Below, one piece after another: positions 41,653 to 53,175 of a DNA stretch of 64,000 bases. Below the pieces are notes generated by a model that did not search any database, was not told the DNA's origin, and saw only the letters and a list, made by a program, of their open reading frames with translations. The position numbers and the translations under genes are program-made. Within the stretch, counting starts at the first letter, position 1; each line of letters opens with the position of its first letter. Location: positions 6,138,001 through 6,202,000 of the forward strand of contig NC_135259.1 in NCBI RefSeq assembly GCF_964204865.1. Direction: 5' to 3'. This DNA is from Styela clava. Taxonomy: Eukaryota.

Positions 41653-44600
41653 ATGAAGATTCTTGTGTCATTATATCGTCGACAAATCCGGCATGGAGTT
41701 CCAGGACACATATATCATAGAACTGTTTTTACATGTGTGCGATTATTATCGCGAGAACAAAATTTAAAAAGACTTTCAAATTTCTTCAAGAATGAAAAAG
41801 AAATTGTATCAAAAATAAGAACAGAATTTGCTGAACCATTCATCAGCATTGATGGTTTAATTGAAAATGTGAAGGAGAATTATCCACATCAGCCATCAAA
41901 GAGCATTTTATTACGAGGAGTTCGTGATGGACAATTGCATCATCCAGCAATTCCTATTAATTATATAAAAAAAAATGTAGAAGAAATACAAAGCAATTGG
42001 CAGAATAGGATGCCTTACAATGAAAGATTGAATATTCTCAAAGATGTTGTAAGACGTCTTTTATACTTCAAATTTCCATATATTCAAAACCAATTGTATG
42101 TTGTTTTTTTTACATTCCCGACCTTTTTTGCAGTTACCTTGATTTTCCTTGTCATTAAGCTGTAATCTATCATATATGGTAGTTATTAGGAATCTTCTAC
42201 ATACTTTTCTATTAGCTTAACATATTTATAAATATTCCAGATAGCACCTTATGACCGATTGCAAATAATAAGACAAGCGAAAAATAAATATTTGTCAGAG
42301 AAGGACGCACTCACAAAAAGTACGCAAGATTTTTGGGTCAGTATATCATCAAAACTAGTTGAAAAAATGTCTGTAAAAAGATTTTCCATGAAATTTAAAT
42401 AAAAAATTCAGGTCAACAATCTTTTGAATATTTCTTTCAACTTACTGACATGCAAGACTTGGGAATCCAATTCCTGGACCTGTTATATTTTATACACTTA
42501 CTCCCAGTTTTAAGTGCGCATGGGAGATTTAAGTTTGGGCCTGTGTTTCAGTAGTCACACATAAAAACATCAATGGCTATCAAGCTGGATCCCAGCTTAG
42601 ACGTAAAATATAGAGCCATCGTTTGAATACACTTTAGTCCTTGGAGCTGGAGTCATTGCGATTATCAACCAGCTTCCCAGCCCTGCTGGAATCATGTTTT
42701 TGAATGCGAGTAAATGCCATTCCAATAAAGAAAGAAGGCAAGTATGACCTTTGACAGCTTGCCAGCTTTCTGGTTCATATACTGCCAATTTGAGTCAATT
42801 AATTAAATATCGTGGTTTATGAAAATTGGTAGTATTTTATTATTAAGACAATACTTTGTATGACACTATTTATGCCTTTCTCTCCGAACAAGGCCCTGTA
42901 TAAGCAGCCACTAATGTCTGATGATATGCAAGAAGCATTCTGTAATATCATTACATTTAAGTCTAACGTTTTATTAACCGCTAGATAGGCCATTGCAGCA
43001 CCCTTTTGAAGGATGACTGAGAGCTGCAACCATCTTTAGGATTTAGATCAAGCTAGTAATCTATTTTCTATTCAGATTCATCACAGAGAAAATAATGAAT
43101 CCTCAGTTCCTCCTGAAATTGAAAAAGATAGACGAAAATCATTAAATTTAGGATGCATTATAAGCTTGCTGTCCTGGATTGAATTGAAATTGGAAAAATT
43201 ATTTTATGAAAATGCATTGATGATCCCCAATATTACACATCCAATGGTGCCAGGTATGTTGCACTATTTAATGCTTTATTAGAAACCCAGATATCTAGCC
43301 AAAAATTTTGTTCTTACTTGTTATTTTCGAAAAGTTTACAATTATACTCTCTGCTTTAGTTTCAATTCGTAATTTCACCCATGATATCATTATTTTACTG
43401 AAAAATGGATCCATTTCAACTAATGAAAATTGGAATAAATTGATACAATTCTCGAATGCCAATCTATTTTGAATAAAAAAGCTATTCTCAGCTTTAAAAC
43501 GAGGTACAAAAGTTACGAATGTGATACAGGCCGATAAAAAAACAGAATCCTCGTCATTTGGAACATATTCTAAACTAAAGAGATCATAATTTTTGCGCAA
43601 AGTGTTCTGGATTATTGAAACTTCTGGTTTCAATCATACATATACAAAATTTAATAAGTGTTAAATAGGGTTTCTTTATTTTCGTAGAAGTAACTAAGAA
43701 ATCCGTGTTTTGTGTTTCTTTTTTTTTTTTGGTCACCTGGTAGCAAGTATATACATATCAAACACATACTAAACACAAATTTTTCACAAAGTATTTTAGT
43801 TTCATTTGAAAGTGAAGGGTCAAAGACAAACAGGATTTAACACTCTCTTCTTTACATGATATTGTAGTTGGTGATGAATCAGCGGGTGAAGTGATAAAGA
43901 CAGTGAATGAGAAAAAGAAGAATAAATATCTTACGTATGGTCATATGGATGTTGGTGAAAGAACAAGCATAATTCGACAAAAGAATATTTCTAATTTCAC
44001 AGGACAAAGGTTTGATGTCATCATATGGTCCAATCTTGATCTTCCACCAAATATCCACAGTGCTACGGATAAGCAATTACTTTAAAGTCAAAACTGTTTC
44101 TCTTCAGTCTCACATTCCAAGTTTGATTTTCTGATACACTCCCAATCTTTTGGGGATCACGGCCCTCTTCCAGAGGCTTTTAGCCCCCCCTGTACATCAT
44201 TCCAGCGGTATTTAAGTGTTATTTTGATTGTTAGATTCCAAATCCCCTTATTTGCAAACAATTCCTGCTCAACGATGTGCACTGCAAACGCTCTTTGAAA
44301 TAACCTTATTAGGCAATGAAACTAGAAAGAACGAGGAGTTATCTTGTCAAGTGAAAAGTGAAATCAGTTTTGCACCTAGCATTGTGGGCTTTGTGGCCCT
44401 CTCCAACTACTCTTTGGCCCCTAGGTCTCCCGGTTGAGAACCACTGCAATAGATATTGGCATCCATACTTGTGTATATATATATACCGTAGATTATCCTG
44501 AATGTGTATTTTGAGGTTATAAATCTCAGGAGGAATTTTCTATTTGTTTAGAATCAGTGAACCGTTTTCAACAACAAGGCGGAATGTTTTCTTCCACCCC

Positions 44601-47600
44601 CAAGTTCATCCATACACTAGCCACAATTAGCTGATTAGCTTAAAGTCTATTTCCAACCACGAAGACATATATTGACACATCATTCAGCCAACTTTCCTCT
44701 TATATGTTTATATAAAAAACCTGTATTTACGTTATTTTCATTACACCCATGGATTATGGGAATATTTATATTATTACATCTTCGCATTGTATACCGGTAT
44801 ATTTATTGAGCTTTCAAGTTCAATCCCTTGTATTGTAACTTACATTCAATCTAATTCGACTAATCGTAGATCAGTAAATATTGCCCTTCTTTGAAATTGT
44901 CTGAAAATTTATGTTTTTGCACAGAACTTATTACCTCTATAAAGAAGCTGCTGATCTGGAACAAGCTTTAGTACGATATACAATTGATAGATTAAAAGAC
45001 AAAGGTTTTCATATGATTTCGGGATCAAATATTTTGCACGGATCTGCTTATGAGGGGTGTGGAATTACAAGCTCAAAAATGTCAGAGTGAGTATCAAGAG
45101 TTTTGAGTTAACACTTGTATATGGATCAAATGAAAAAGCACATCAATTACTTTATTGAGCTTTTCATGTTATGTAAAAAATCTTTGCCTACACTACACTG
45201 TACATAATTGGTTTTACTTCGATGGAGACTGATCGAACAGTATTAGAACTCAGTATATTGAAAATGTAGGACAGGAATCCTTCGGGGTAAAGCCAGATAC
45301 TGGAAAAATGTACATCACACTTCCAATCTTTTTAAAAACCGACTCCAACACCTGCTCTAAAGGGAGAACCAAATTTTGATCGTAAAATCCTAGTGCTCGT
45401 TAATTGAGCATGCTTTATCAATTTAATGATTTCTTAGTTTTTCTACAAATTTTGACTTTAAAATACCACTATTAGGAATCTAACATTCACATTTCCAACT
45501 GTGCAAAGCGATCAAAGTTCTACCTCGATTACTTGAAATTACAACTCTGGATCTGACTTTAATATAAACCATAACTTGCTTTCTGGCTGAGACAGCTTGC
45601 ATTATTCTCTTGTGAAATAGGCCATAAACATTTCATCAATATACTTTGAATTTTTTGAAAATGATGGATAAACTTTTTCAGTTTGCTGTATCACATAGAT
45701 TCTGAGCAAGAAGATGATTTTTTCATCACTGGAACATCGGAAGTCAGTATAGCTGCATTCTGTGCCAATCATGCAATATTACACAAACATCTACCTTTGA
45801 AACTATGCTGCGTTAGCACATGCAACAGGAAAGAGACAAGTATGAAGATTTGCCACATTTATAAATTTATGGCTTGGTTGTTAATCCAGGGTTATCCAGA
45901 AAAATTAGTTGAATTTTTTTCTATTCAAAGATATATAATCTGAATAACTGTTTTTTAATTCTTTGATTTTCATGTTTTCAGGAAGTAGTATCGATAGACG
46001 AGGAATATATCGGGTTCATCACTTCACAAAGGTAAAAATTTGTTGTCCATGCATCTGAAATAAATAATTGGTCAACTATTTCCATCCATACCTTGTCACT
46101 TGTCAGGTAACATGATTAGGTCGTTCTATTCACTTTCTTCTCCCCTGGGATAAATATAAAATTATCCTATTCTAGGCGCGGCAGTGTGGCTCATCATGCT
46201 AAGCGCTAGGAATATGTCTGCCATCGCATCTCTGAGTACTCTGCTCCCATGCGGGGATAGTTATGTGCAAGAGGATTGCTGGACTCCTCGCGCCGTAGGT
46301 TACGGCTTTTTCCACCCTCAAGTCCAGGCTTCCGAAAACAAACACTAACTAATCCCATACCCGACATGGAATGGTAACAGGACTAGAATCAGTGGTTCGC
46401 CATATGGTTAAGTCGTCTTTCCTCTTTCCCGGGATAAATATGTGAATCCTATCCTATCCCTTCAATCTACCACGTTAATTGGTACCTGTTGCTACTAACA
46501 TATTGCTGCTATTTTCAATTTTATTATGTCTGACATTTTCAAAGGTAGAAATGTTTGCCGTAACAGCTAATGAAACGGAAAAGGAGAGTGAAGAATTGTT
46601 TAACGAATTTTTACAGATTCAAGAAGAAATATTCACGGACTTAGAACTACACTTTAGGTATAACTGAATTTCCCATTTTAGGAAATAGTCATCCGTTGAA
46701 AGAACATATCACAATGTTGTGATCTATATATATATTTTTTTTTATGTAAAGAACTTGATCCAGGCACTTACCGTACTCATTATGCTTAGAAAGACTGGAA
46801 AGTGGTTGTGAATTCGCCATAACCGAAACCTTAGCCCTGGATATGTTTTCGCACACTATTGAGACAACATGCATTTGTATCCTGAAAACGTCGAAAAAAC
46901 TTTTCTTTTAGAATAGTCAATATGGCAACCGAAGAGTTAGGATTACCAGCTCACCAAAAAGTAGATATGGAAGCATGGATGCCAACAAAGAATGGATATG
47001 GCGAGATATCAAGCACATCTAACTGTACAGATTTTCAAAGTCGACGATTACATATTTTATATAAAAACGAAAACGGCAATTACAAATTTGCACACACTGT
47101 AAACGGTACCGCATGTGCTGTGCCTCGTATGATTATTGCTTTACTCGAAAACAACCAGTCAGAGGTGAGTTGAAATGCAACTTATTCAGAACTATATGAA
47201 TATGAAGCACAAGCTAATGAGAAGGGTGTCCGCATATGAAACTCAAATCCTGATGTTCATATTCTATAGCCAGGGTTGCCATCTACTCTGAGCCCAAAAT
47301 AAGCACGGGCGTCAAAATGTTATTTTTCTTAACAACCGCAGAAACGCAGAATAAACATGTGAAGAAGATCATACACGAGTCTCCCACTATTTATCATTAG
47401 AAGTCGCTTCGAACACGATTGTACGCAGCTTCGAAATCGCAAAAAGCTATGGCAAAATATGAAGTCACTGCTGCGCGCAATTTCTAAAGCAGGGGTCGGC
47501 AAGCTTTTGTTGCTCCCGGTCAAAAATCAAGTGTTACAAATCTTGGCGGGCCGTATAGAAAGTTAAAAACTGAACAGGTGACTGATGAACCAAATATTTA

Positions 47601-49066
47601 TACAGAACAGAAGTTTTAGATATTAAAAAGCGAGCGGACACTGACTATGCAAAATATTTACAAATCACATTTAATGTGATACTATTTGTTACATTATGCT
47701 TGATACATTTTCGACATCAAGTGACACACTGAATAAAACCAAAATTAGAACATTTTCTAAATGGGTAGCCTATAACTAATCCTAGTTCTCCGCACGGTAA
47801 ATTTCATTTTGGTTCGATAATTGAAAACAAAAGCGATTTTTCATAACGGTGAGAAAAAGAATTATTAATGAAGAACAACATAATAAGGATCCCTAGATTC
47901 CAGCGAAGCATTGCGGGCCGGATTATTTTACTCCGCTGGCCAGATATGACCCGCAGGTCGCCAACCCCTGATCTAAAGTCTTCATACTTTGGTTTCCCGC
48001 AATGCTTCTTGTGTTTTGTGGGCACTGATTACTGTTTTCCACCTTTCATCGATGTCGCAATAGCAGTAGTTATTAGCAAATTCTTTTTCATATTCGAAAG
48101 AGAACTCATGGTTACGCTTACTCATTGTCTAAATTGCGGTTTTCCCCTAAAACACTTAAAAACAGTATCCCTAAAAACTAGCAGCAACTATTGTGTGTAT
48201 CGCAGTTTGCCTGGAAATATCGCAAACTCCGCCATAAACAGAAAAAGTTCGTCCCTCGTTTCCACAGAAGCTCTGTACGCAAAACAAGAACGAGTCATCC
48301 ACGTTTCTAAGACAAAATAAGCACGCAACTCAAAAATAAGCGCTTTTCTTAGAAATAAGCACATCGTTATGTTATAAAATGCGGGCTAGAAAATAAGCAC
48401 AAATGTTAGAAACAAGCACGATATGGCAACCCTGTCTATAGCTTAGGCTCAGCAGTGTGGCGCATCGTGGTAAGCGTTAGGAAAACGCTCGCCACCGCAC
48501 CTCCTCTCCCCCGGAATAAACATGTAAATCCTATCCTACCCTAGTGAAGTATAACAGGAAAATCCCGTTTTTACTCGTCACCATCCGTCATACTAATTAG
48601 TAGTAATTAAACAATAAATGCTGGGGTCACTGATGCCAAAAATCATGAATATGAAGAGCATTTATGGAACATGAAACTGTATGTACCGTAATGCATTTAA
48701 ATCAAGCATAACAGACCTTGTTGTCAATTCACTAATATGCCGTATTTCAATTTGAAATTCCTATACACTTTTTCTGCTAGTTTGAATATCAATTTTATAG
48801 ATATGAATTGGATCTTGAATTTCTAAGTTATAATAAGAGCGAGCCCAGTCCGTAATATACCGTAATACTACTTATAGAATATTGACAAAGACACAATGTA
48901 AAACATATTTTCATTTATTCGTACCATACAGGACAAGGTAATTACGCTACCGAAAGTTCTACATCCATATCTTCAAAAAACAACTATAGACCGATCTAGC
49001 AGGCTAAACATGGAATATATTGGGCCAAATCAATCCAAAAGTAAATGGAAAATGCCAAATGAGTGA
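41653..49066 (+). CDS. SARS2: Mitochondrial seryl-tRNA synthetase, 10 coding exons, ~560 aa
   Basis: Exons 41653-42048, 42241-42336, 43076-43253 ([17 protein letters not shown]), 43868-44009 (VGDESAG), 44925-45086, 45682-45839 ([13 protein letters not shown]), 45982-46031 ([10 protein letters not shown]), 46545-46657 (VEMF), 46912-47164 ([44 protein letters not shown]), 48932-49066 (YIGPNQ..TGA). Sum 1683 nt, divisible by 3. Exon 1-2 boundaries less certain. Confidence 0.92.
44130..44446. mobile_element. Degraded hAT-like MITE in SARS2 intron
   Basis: GGCCC motifs and right end GGTTGAGAACCACTG; left end unclear. Confidence 0.5.
46175..46459 (+). mobile_element. tRNA-derived SINE, near full length, directly preceded by the tail of another copy (~46085-46172)
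   Basis: Head GGCGCGGCAGTGTGGCTCATCATGCTAAGCG (A-box-like), CCCATGCGGGGATAGTTATGTGC core, tail ATCCTATCCTATCC; homologous to copies at 48446, 52688, 54234 and ~4482. Confidence 0.75.
47271..48434. mobile_element. hAT-like non-autonomous element in the last SARS2 intron
   Basis: TIR CAGGGTTGCCAT...ATGGCAACCCTG, perfect 8-bp TSD TCTATAGC (47263-47270 / 48435-48442), subterminal AAATAAGCAC repeats. Confidence 0.88.
47490..47970. mobile_element. hAT-like MITE nested in the 47271-48434 element
   Basis: Ends CAGGGGTCGGC...GCCAACCCCTG, TSD TTCTAAAG/ATCTAAAG (7/8), internal GCGGGCCG motifs. Confidence 0.85.
48446..48542 (+). mobile_element. Internally deleted copy of the same SINE (head joined to tail)
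   Basis: GGCTCAGCAGTGTGGCGCATCGTGGTAAGCG..CGCTCGCCACCGCACCT joined to CTCCCCCGGAATAAACATGTAAATCCTATCCTA. Confidence 0.72.
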
Positions 49067-49260
49067 AAAAAGGGTGATGGAACTGGTTTAGACAGTGGTG
49101 ACAAACAGAAAATAAATCTTTGTTTTGTCATCAGGCTTTGGTAGCAGCAGTAGTACGTGCGATACAGTATTAAGTTTACAGAAGTGTGTCACAGTAAATG
49201 GCGCTTGGTCTTTGCTTCTGGCCGAGTATTCTAAAATAGTATAGAGTGAAACTACTATAG

Positions 49261-51814
49261 TCATGTCAAAGTCATTGGTACTGAATTAGCGTTATCCGGT
49301 CCATCCCCTCTGACTTGTGAAGATGTTGCAGGGGCCAATGATCTGATTACAAAACCATCATTAATATCCATGTTTCTACCTTCTTTCTCCTGAAAAATGC
49401 AATATATATTTTAATGAAAGCAACAATAAATTTAGCAAGATGTATTTTGATTTTCAGTTATATGGATAGAATGGAATTCTACACTATAAAGATTCATAGT
49501 CTCGTGGTTGTCTGTAAATCTCGCATAACCTTGCTATTATTAAGCAAATTTTCCTTGTGAAGAATTCGAAATGAAAGCTCCTAGTAGTGGATTGTCCATT
49601 TTATGACAAAAATCATTCCACCATGCTAAGGATTGAAACCAGTGGATTAACTCCATGCCATCACAGGAATATAATTTTTTTTATTAATTTTTCAAGATAT
49701 TTGCTCAGAGCAAAGTCATGAAAACTCACCCAGTAATTAAAGATCCCTGAGTGAAGCTACAGACACTATATAGAATTAGTGTGGGTTTGCACATTAGTAA
49801 ATACAGATTGGTGCAAGAATTTATTTAGTGTCCATGTGGCCAGAAAAAAAAACTCCTGGCATATACCGGTAGTTGTTCTTGTGTAAAAAGTGAACTAACC
49901 GACTGTAAACGTGTGAAAATTCAGTTTGGCTGCTGAAAACTTCGTCACAAAGAATGTGTGGAAACATTCTTGGGCTTACTATGGTGTTGTTACTTACCGC
50001 TTTATAATCCAAAAACATTTCTTTGAATGAAATGAAATCTGAAAAACTGAGGAGCATGTCAAAGATATCACCAGTTATCTCATTCTTATGTGCCCTGGAA
50101 AACAAAGTATTAGCAATATTCATGGAATTCGTCACAATAGCAATTTGTAACAATTTCCTATACTTACTGTAACGTTGAGACAAACATTTCCATTGAAAAA
50201 TCAGAAATTCTTTTCTTGAGTTCATCATTCAAACATTTTTCTATTGTGGCAGTCTAAAATACAAATTTTTATAACACAACTGCCAATTATAAACGTGATC
50301 TATGCTGCCGAGTATTGAGAGATATTTATTTGAGCTAAGAACTTCAGTCAGACTGTAGCTGTTTTTAAATTAGTGTCAGAACATTAATTGCAGATTAGCA
50401 AGTACAGTAAGATCAAGGAAAATATGCTCATCTGACTCTGAACACTTCATTAGTTTGAGATTGTGGTGTATAATCTTTTGAATTACAGACTATACAATAG
50501 ATAAATCTGTGGCAAATTGTTTTAATTAACGGGAACTGAATGTACTTAAGGAAAGTACCAGCTACCAGCATTCACTCTTGTTGTGACATCGTCACATTCT
50601 CAGTGTCCCAAATAACTCTCTTCCATTGAAGTTTTGCCATTCCACAGTTGTGTTCATATGCAGACCACAGCTATACAACCTAATGGATGCTTCAAAACCA
50701 TGGAATAAATAATAACTTACATATTCTTTAAATATATCAGTGTAAATAAATTTGTTTTCTTCAGAGTCATCAAATTCCTTATAATATTTTTCCATGAATG
50801 TATCTTGCATATTCTGAAAATCCTCACCTAAATTGAAAAATACGTTTAACGTCATGCTTCGAACTGCTGTAGGGGTTTTTAAAAAAGTATGAAAAACAAC
50901 ACTCAGTGACGATTTTATTTGCGAAACCGCATCATCTGTAGCAGCAGATCAATTCTTCACTATATATATTGGCCAATTTAATTTTATCTTGTGTTGCTAT
51001 TTGAAAAAAAATCTGTCTCTTAAAAATATGAATCTGTCCATCTAATAGCTGGCCAGTATGCTTTTATACTCATATTGGAATCACAAGTTTAGCAACATGG
51101 TTACATTTGCACTCCTGAGGAATAATTATTTGTGAGAGATAGCTGCAGCACAAGGTATGCATCAGAAACAAATAACTGGTAAACTATTCTCATGAACTGG
51201 CAACCGGACGAGAGGCAAGAGCTTTGCCATATAATTAGTCAGGCTTATAGACTTCCCTCTTCGTTGGATATAAATTGAAAGAATTCTTATTTCGCATTAG
51301 TTTTCAAAATTTACACCAACTAATGTATCTCACGGCTTCGCCATAATGGCATCCCAAGAATACTGGAATAGGTTTGTGCTAAACTCCTGAATCTCACCAT
51401 TGGGTATAGCTGATGAAAAGATAGCTAAATGATATGGCGAGTAGGTAATAGACTCTCATATGGTTACCAGTTGTGCATTCCAATTACCATGTCTGCATGT
51501 GAAATACAGTAGGCCAGTTAATACATTACGAAATTTTACAATCGCAAAATGGGATTTAGACTGAGGAGTTTACGGCTAACTAACAACCGCATTGATGGGA
51601 GTCACAGACAGTGTCAAGCCATCCCATGATGCATCTCGTTCTGTCTTGGAATTCAAACTCTCTCGTCAAATGTGTTAAAGAGCAATATCAAAATAGTGGC
51701 TAAAAATATATAATTTATCTCACTAATAATGATATCTTCAATATGCCCAATGATTGAATCGAACTTCAGACTTTCTTTTGATGTGGAAGTGATTTCGTCG
51801 ACATCGATGTCCAT
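49261..51814 (-). CDS. ARL2BP: ADP-ribosylation factor-like 2 binding protein (BART), 5 coding exons, 169 aa
   Basis: Exons 51724-51814 (MDID..FDSIIGHIEDIII), 50721-50827 (FMEKYYKEFDDSEENKFIYTDIFKEY), 50168-50253, 49998-50094 (EITGDIFDMLLSFSDFISFKEMFLDYKA), 49261-49389 (EKEGRNMD..TGA); sum 510 nt. Confidence 0.93.
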
Positions 51815-52190
51815 TTTCTGATTTTATTGTTCTGGAACTCCTCTAAACGGTGTATAGGTATCCTATTAGACTGTTCTGCAAGCGATAAATCTGTAGATCA
51901 ATAACGTTCAATGTTTTCTTTACAAAAATGAAGCCAAAAACGGAACATAAATCTCAAACTTTAAACTGACGACGACAGAATGTTGTTTGTTCCGAAACGA
52001 TGGCAATTTTTCACGCATGAGTAGTTGAGGGTGGATGGAGGGCGTCAAAGTGACTATAGTCATAGTTTACAGAGGACTTGCACGGGTCACGTGACGTTGT
52101 TTACTGGACGGCAATAAAACAAAAACGTCCATGTGGCTCCTGTCAGTTGCAAGTCGAATTATACGTTTCCGTTTTGTTTGGCTATTGAAA

Positions 52191-53175
52191 ATGGTTATTT
52201 CGTATTGTTCCGCTGGCTGTACGTATAGTATAGACAACGAAATGGATCTTCAGTTATATTCCACTGTTTTCAAAAGATCCGGAACGTCGCGCAATGTGGA
52301 TATCATCTATTGGCAGGACTGCTTGGTGTCAAGTCCAGAAGCCATCTCATTTGTGTTTCACTGTTTGCGGACAGCACTACGTTGATGGTGAGTCATGATG
52401 TGCCGTTATCATTTTTTTTAAATATTCATAAGCTCCCTCATTTCAATGAAAAGCAGATGACAAACTACTGTTATTGGTAGGCCTAGGCCAACGACTAACA
52501 TACCGGCCTAGGCGTAGGCCTACTTGCAGACTTGACTCGTGTAAGGTATTAATCAATAATTGCCATAAGGTATTGTTTCCCTAGTTAGCAGGTAATCTAT
52601 TAGTAAGTGTGAAAAGTTGAATGGATAACTAAAGTTTAACGCCAGTGCTAATGCAAAAAATAACCAGAATTCAATTGAATTCTCCATCTAAGAATACGCT
52701 CGCCACCGCATCTCTGATGCCCCTGGGAGTTTTACAGGTTCCAATCCCATGCGGGGGTAGTTATGTGCGGGGGATTGCAGCTCTCCTCCCACTGAGGGTG
52801 GTTCACACGACCGCTGGTCGATTACGACATCCACCACCATCAAGTCCATGCTTCTAAAACAAATAACTGGCTAACTAATCCCGTCATAGAATGGTAATCG
52901 TACGATGTTGCACCTTGCAATCTGTCCCCAACCACAGATAAATTCTATCCTAAAAACTACCCACATTGGTAGGCATAGTTGCGTTTTAAATTGAAAGAAA
53001 TCTTCATTAATGGTCAGAAGGTGTTGTCTGATTGTTTTATTAGTTAGCAGGTAGTTTATTACTGATCTGATACACAAACTTGGCACTGTCAAATGATGAT
53101 TAGTGTTTAATTTATTTTCAGGAAAAAGGGAAGATAACCCATTAACAGCTGCTTATATGTCCCATCAATATTTGA
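52191..53175 (+). pseudogene. Frameshifted THAP zinc-finger (C2CH) gene remnant, two exons
   Basis: Exon 1 52191-52387 read across frameshifts: MVISYCSAGCT..FHCF(P)KDPERRAMWISSIGRTAW..VCGQHYVDG|gtgag; exon 2 from 53122 after ttttcag: GKREDNPLTAAY(fs)VPSIF, matching the THAP AVPTIF box. Confidence 0.8.
52688..52951 (+). mobile_element. SINE copy inside the THAP intron of the foldback element
   Basis: AATACGCTCGCCACCGCATCTCTGA, B-box-like GGTTCCAATCCC, tail GATAAATTCTATCCT; 5' part mirrored at 54234-54331. Confidence 0.75.

Noticed and set aside
41653-42165. 170-aa ORF as a stand-alone membrane protein
   Set aside because: The hydrophobic tail is intron read-through after the GTAAG donor at 42049; the 5' part splices in frame into SARS2.
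47868-48320. 150-aa plus-strand ORF
   Set aside because: Spans the junction of two nested MITEs within an intron; no recognisable domain.
41653-49066. Catalytically dead SerRS paralog (SLIMP-like)
   Set aside because: Motif 2 ([11 protein letters not shown]) and motif 3 (NGTACAVPR) residues are intact.
52131-52385. 84-aa and 115-aa ORFs (52131+, 54594-) as functional duplicated genes
   Set aside because: They wander across frameshifts of the THAP remnant; the THAP motifs are split between frames.
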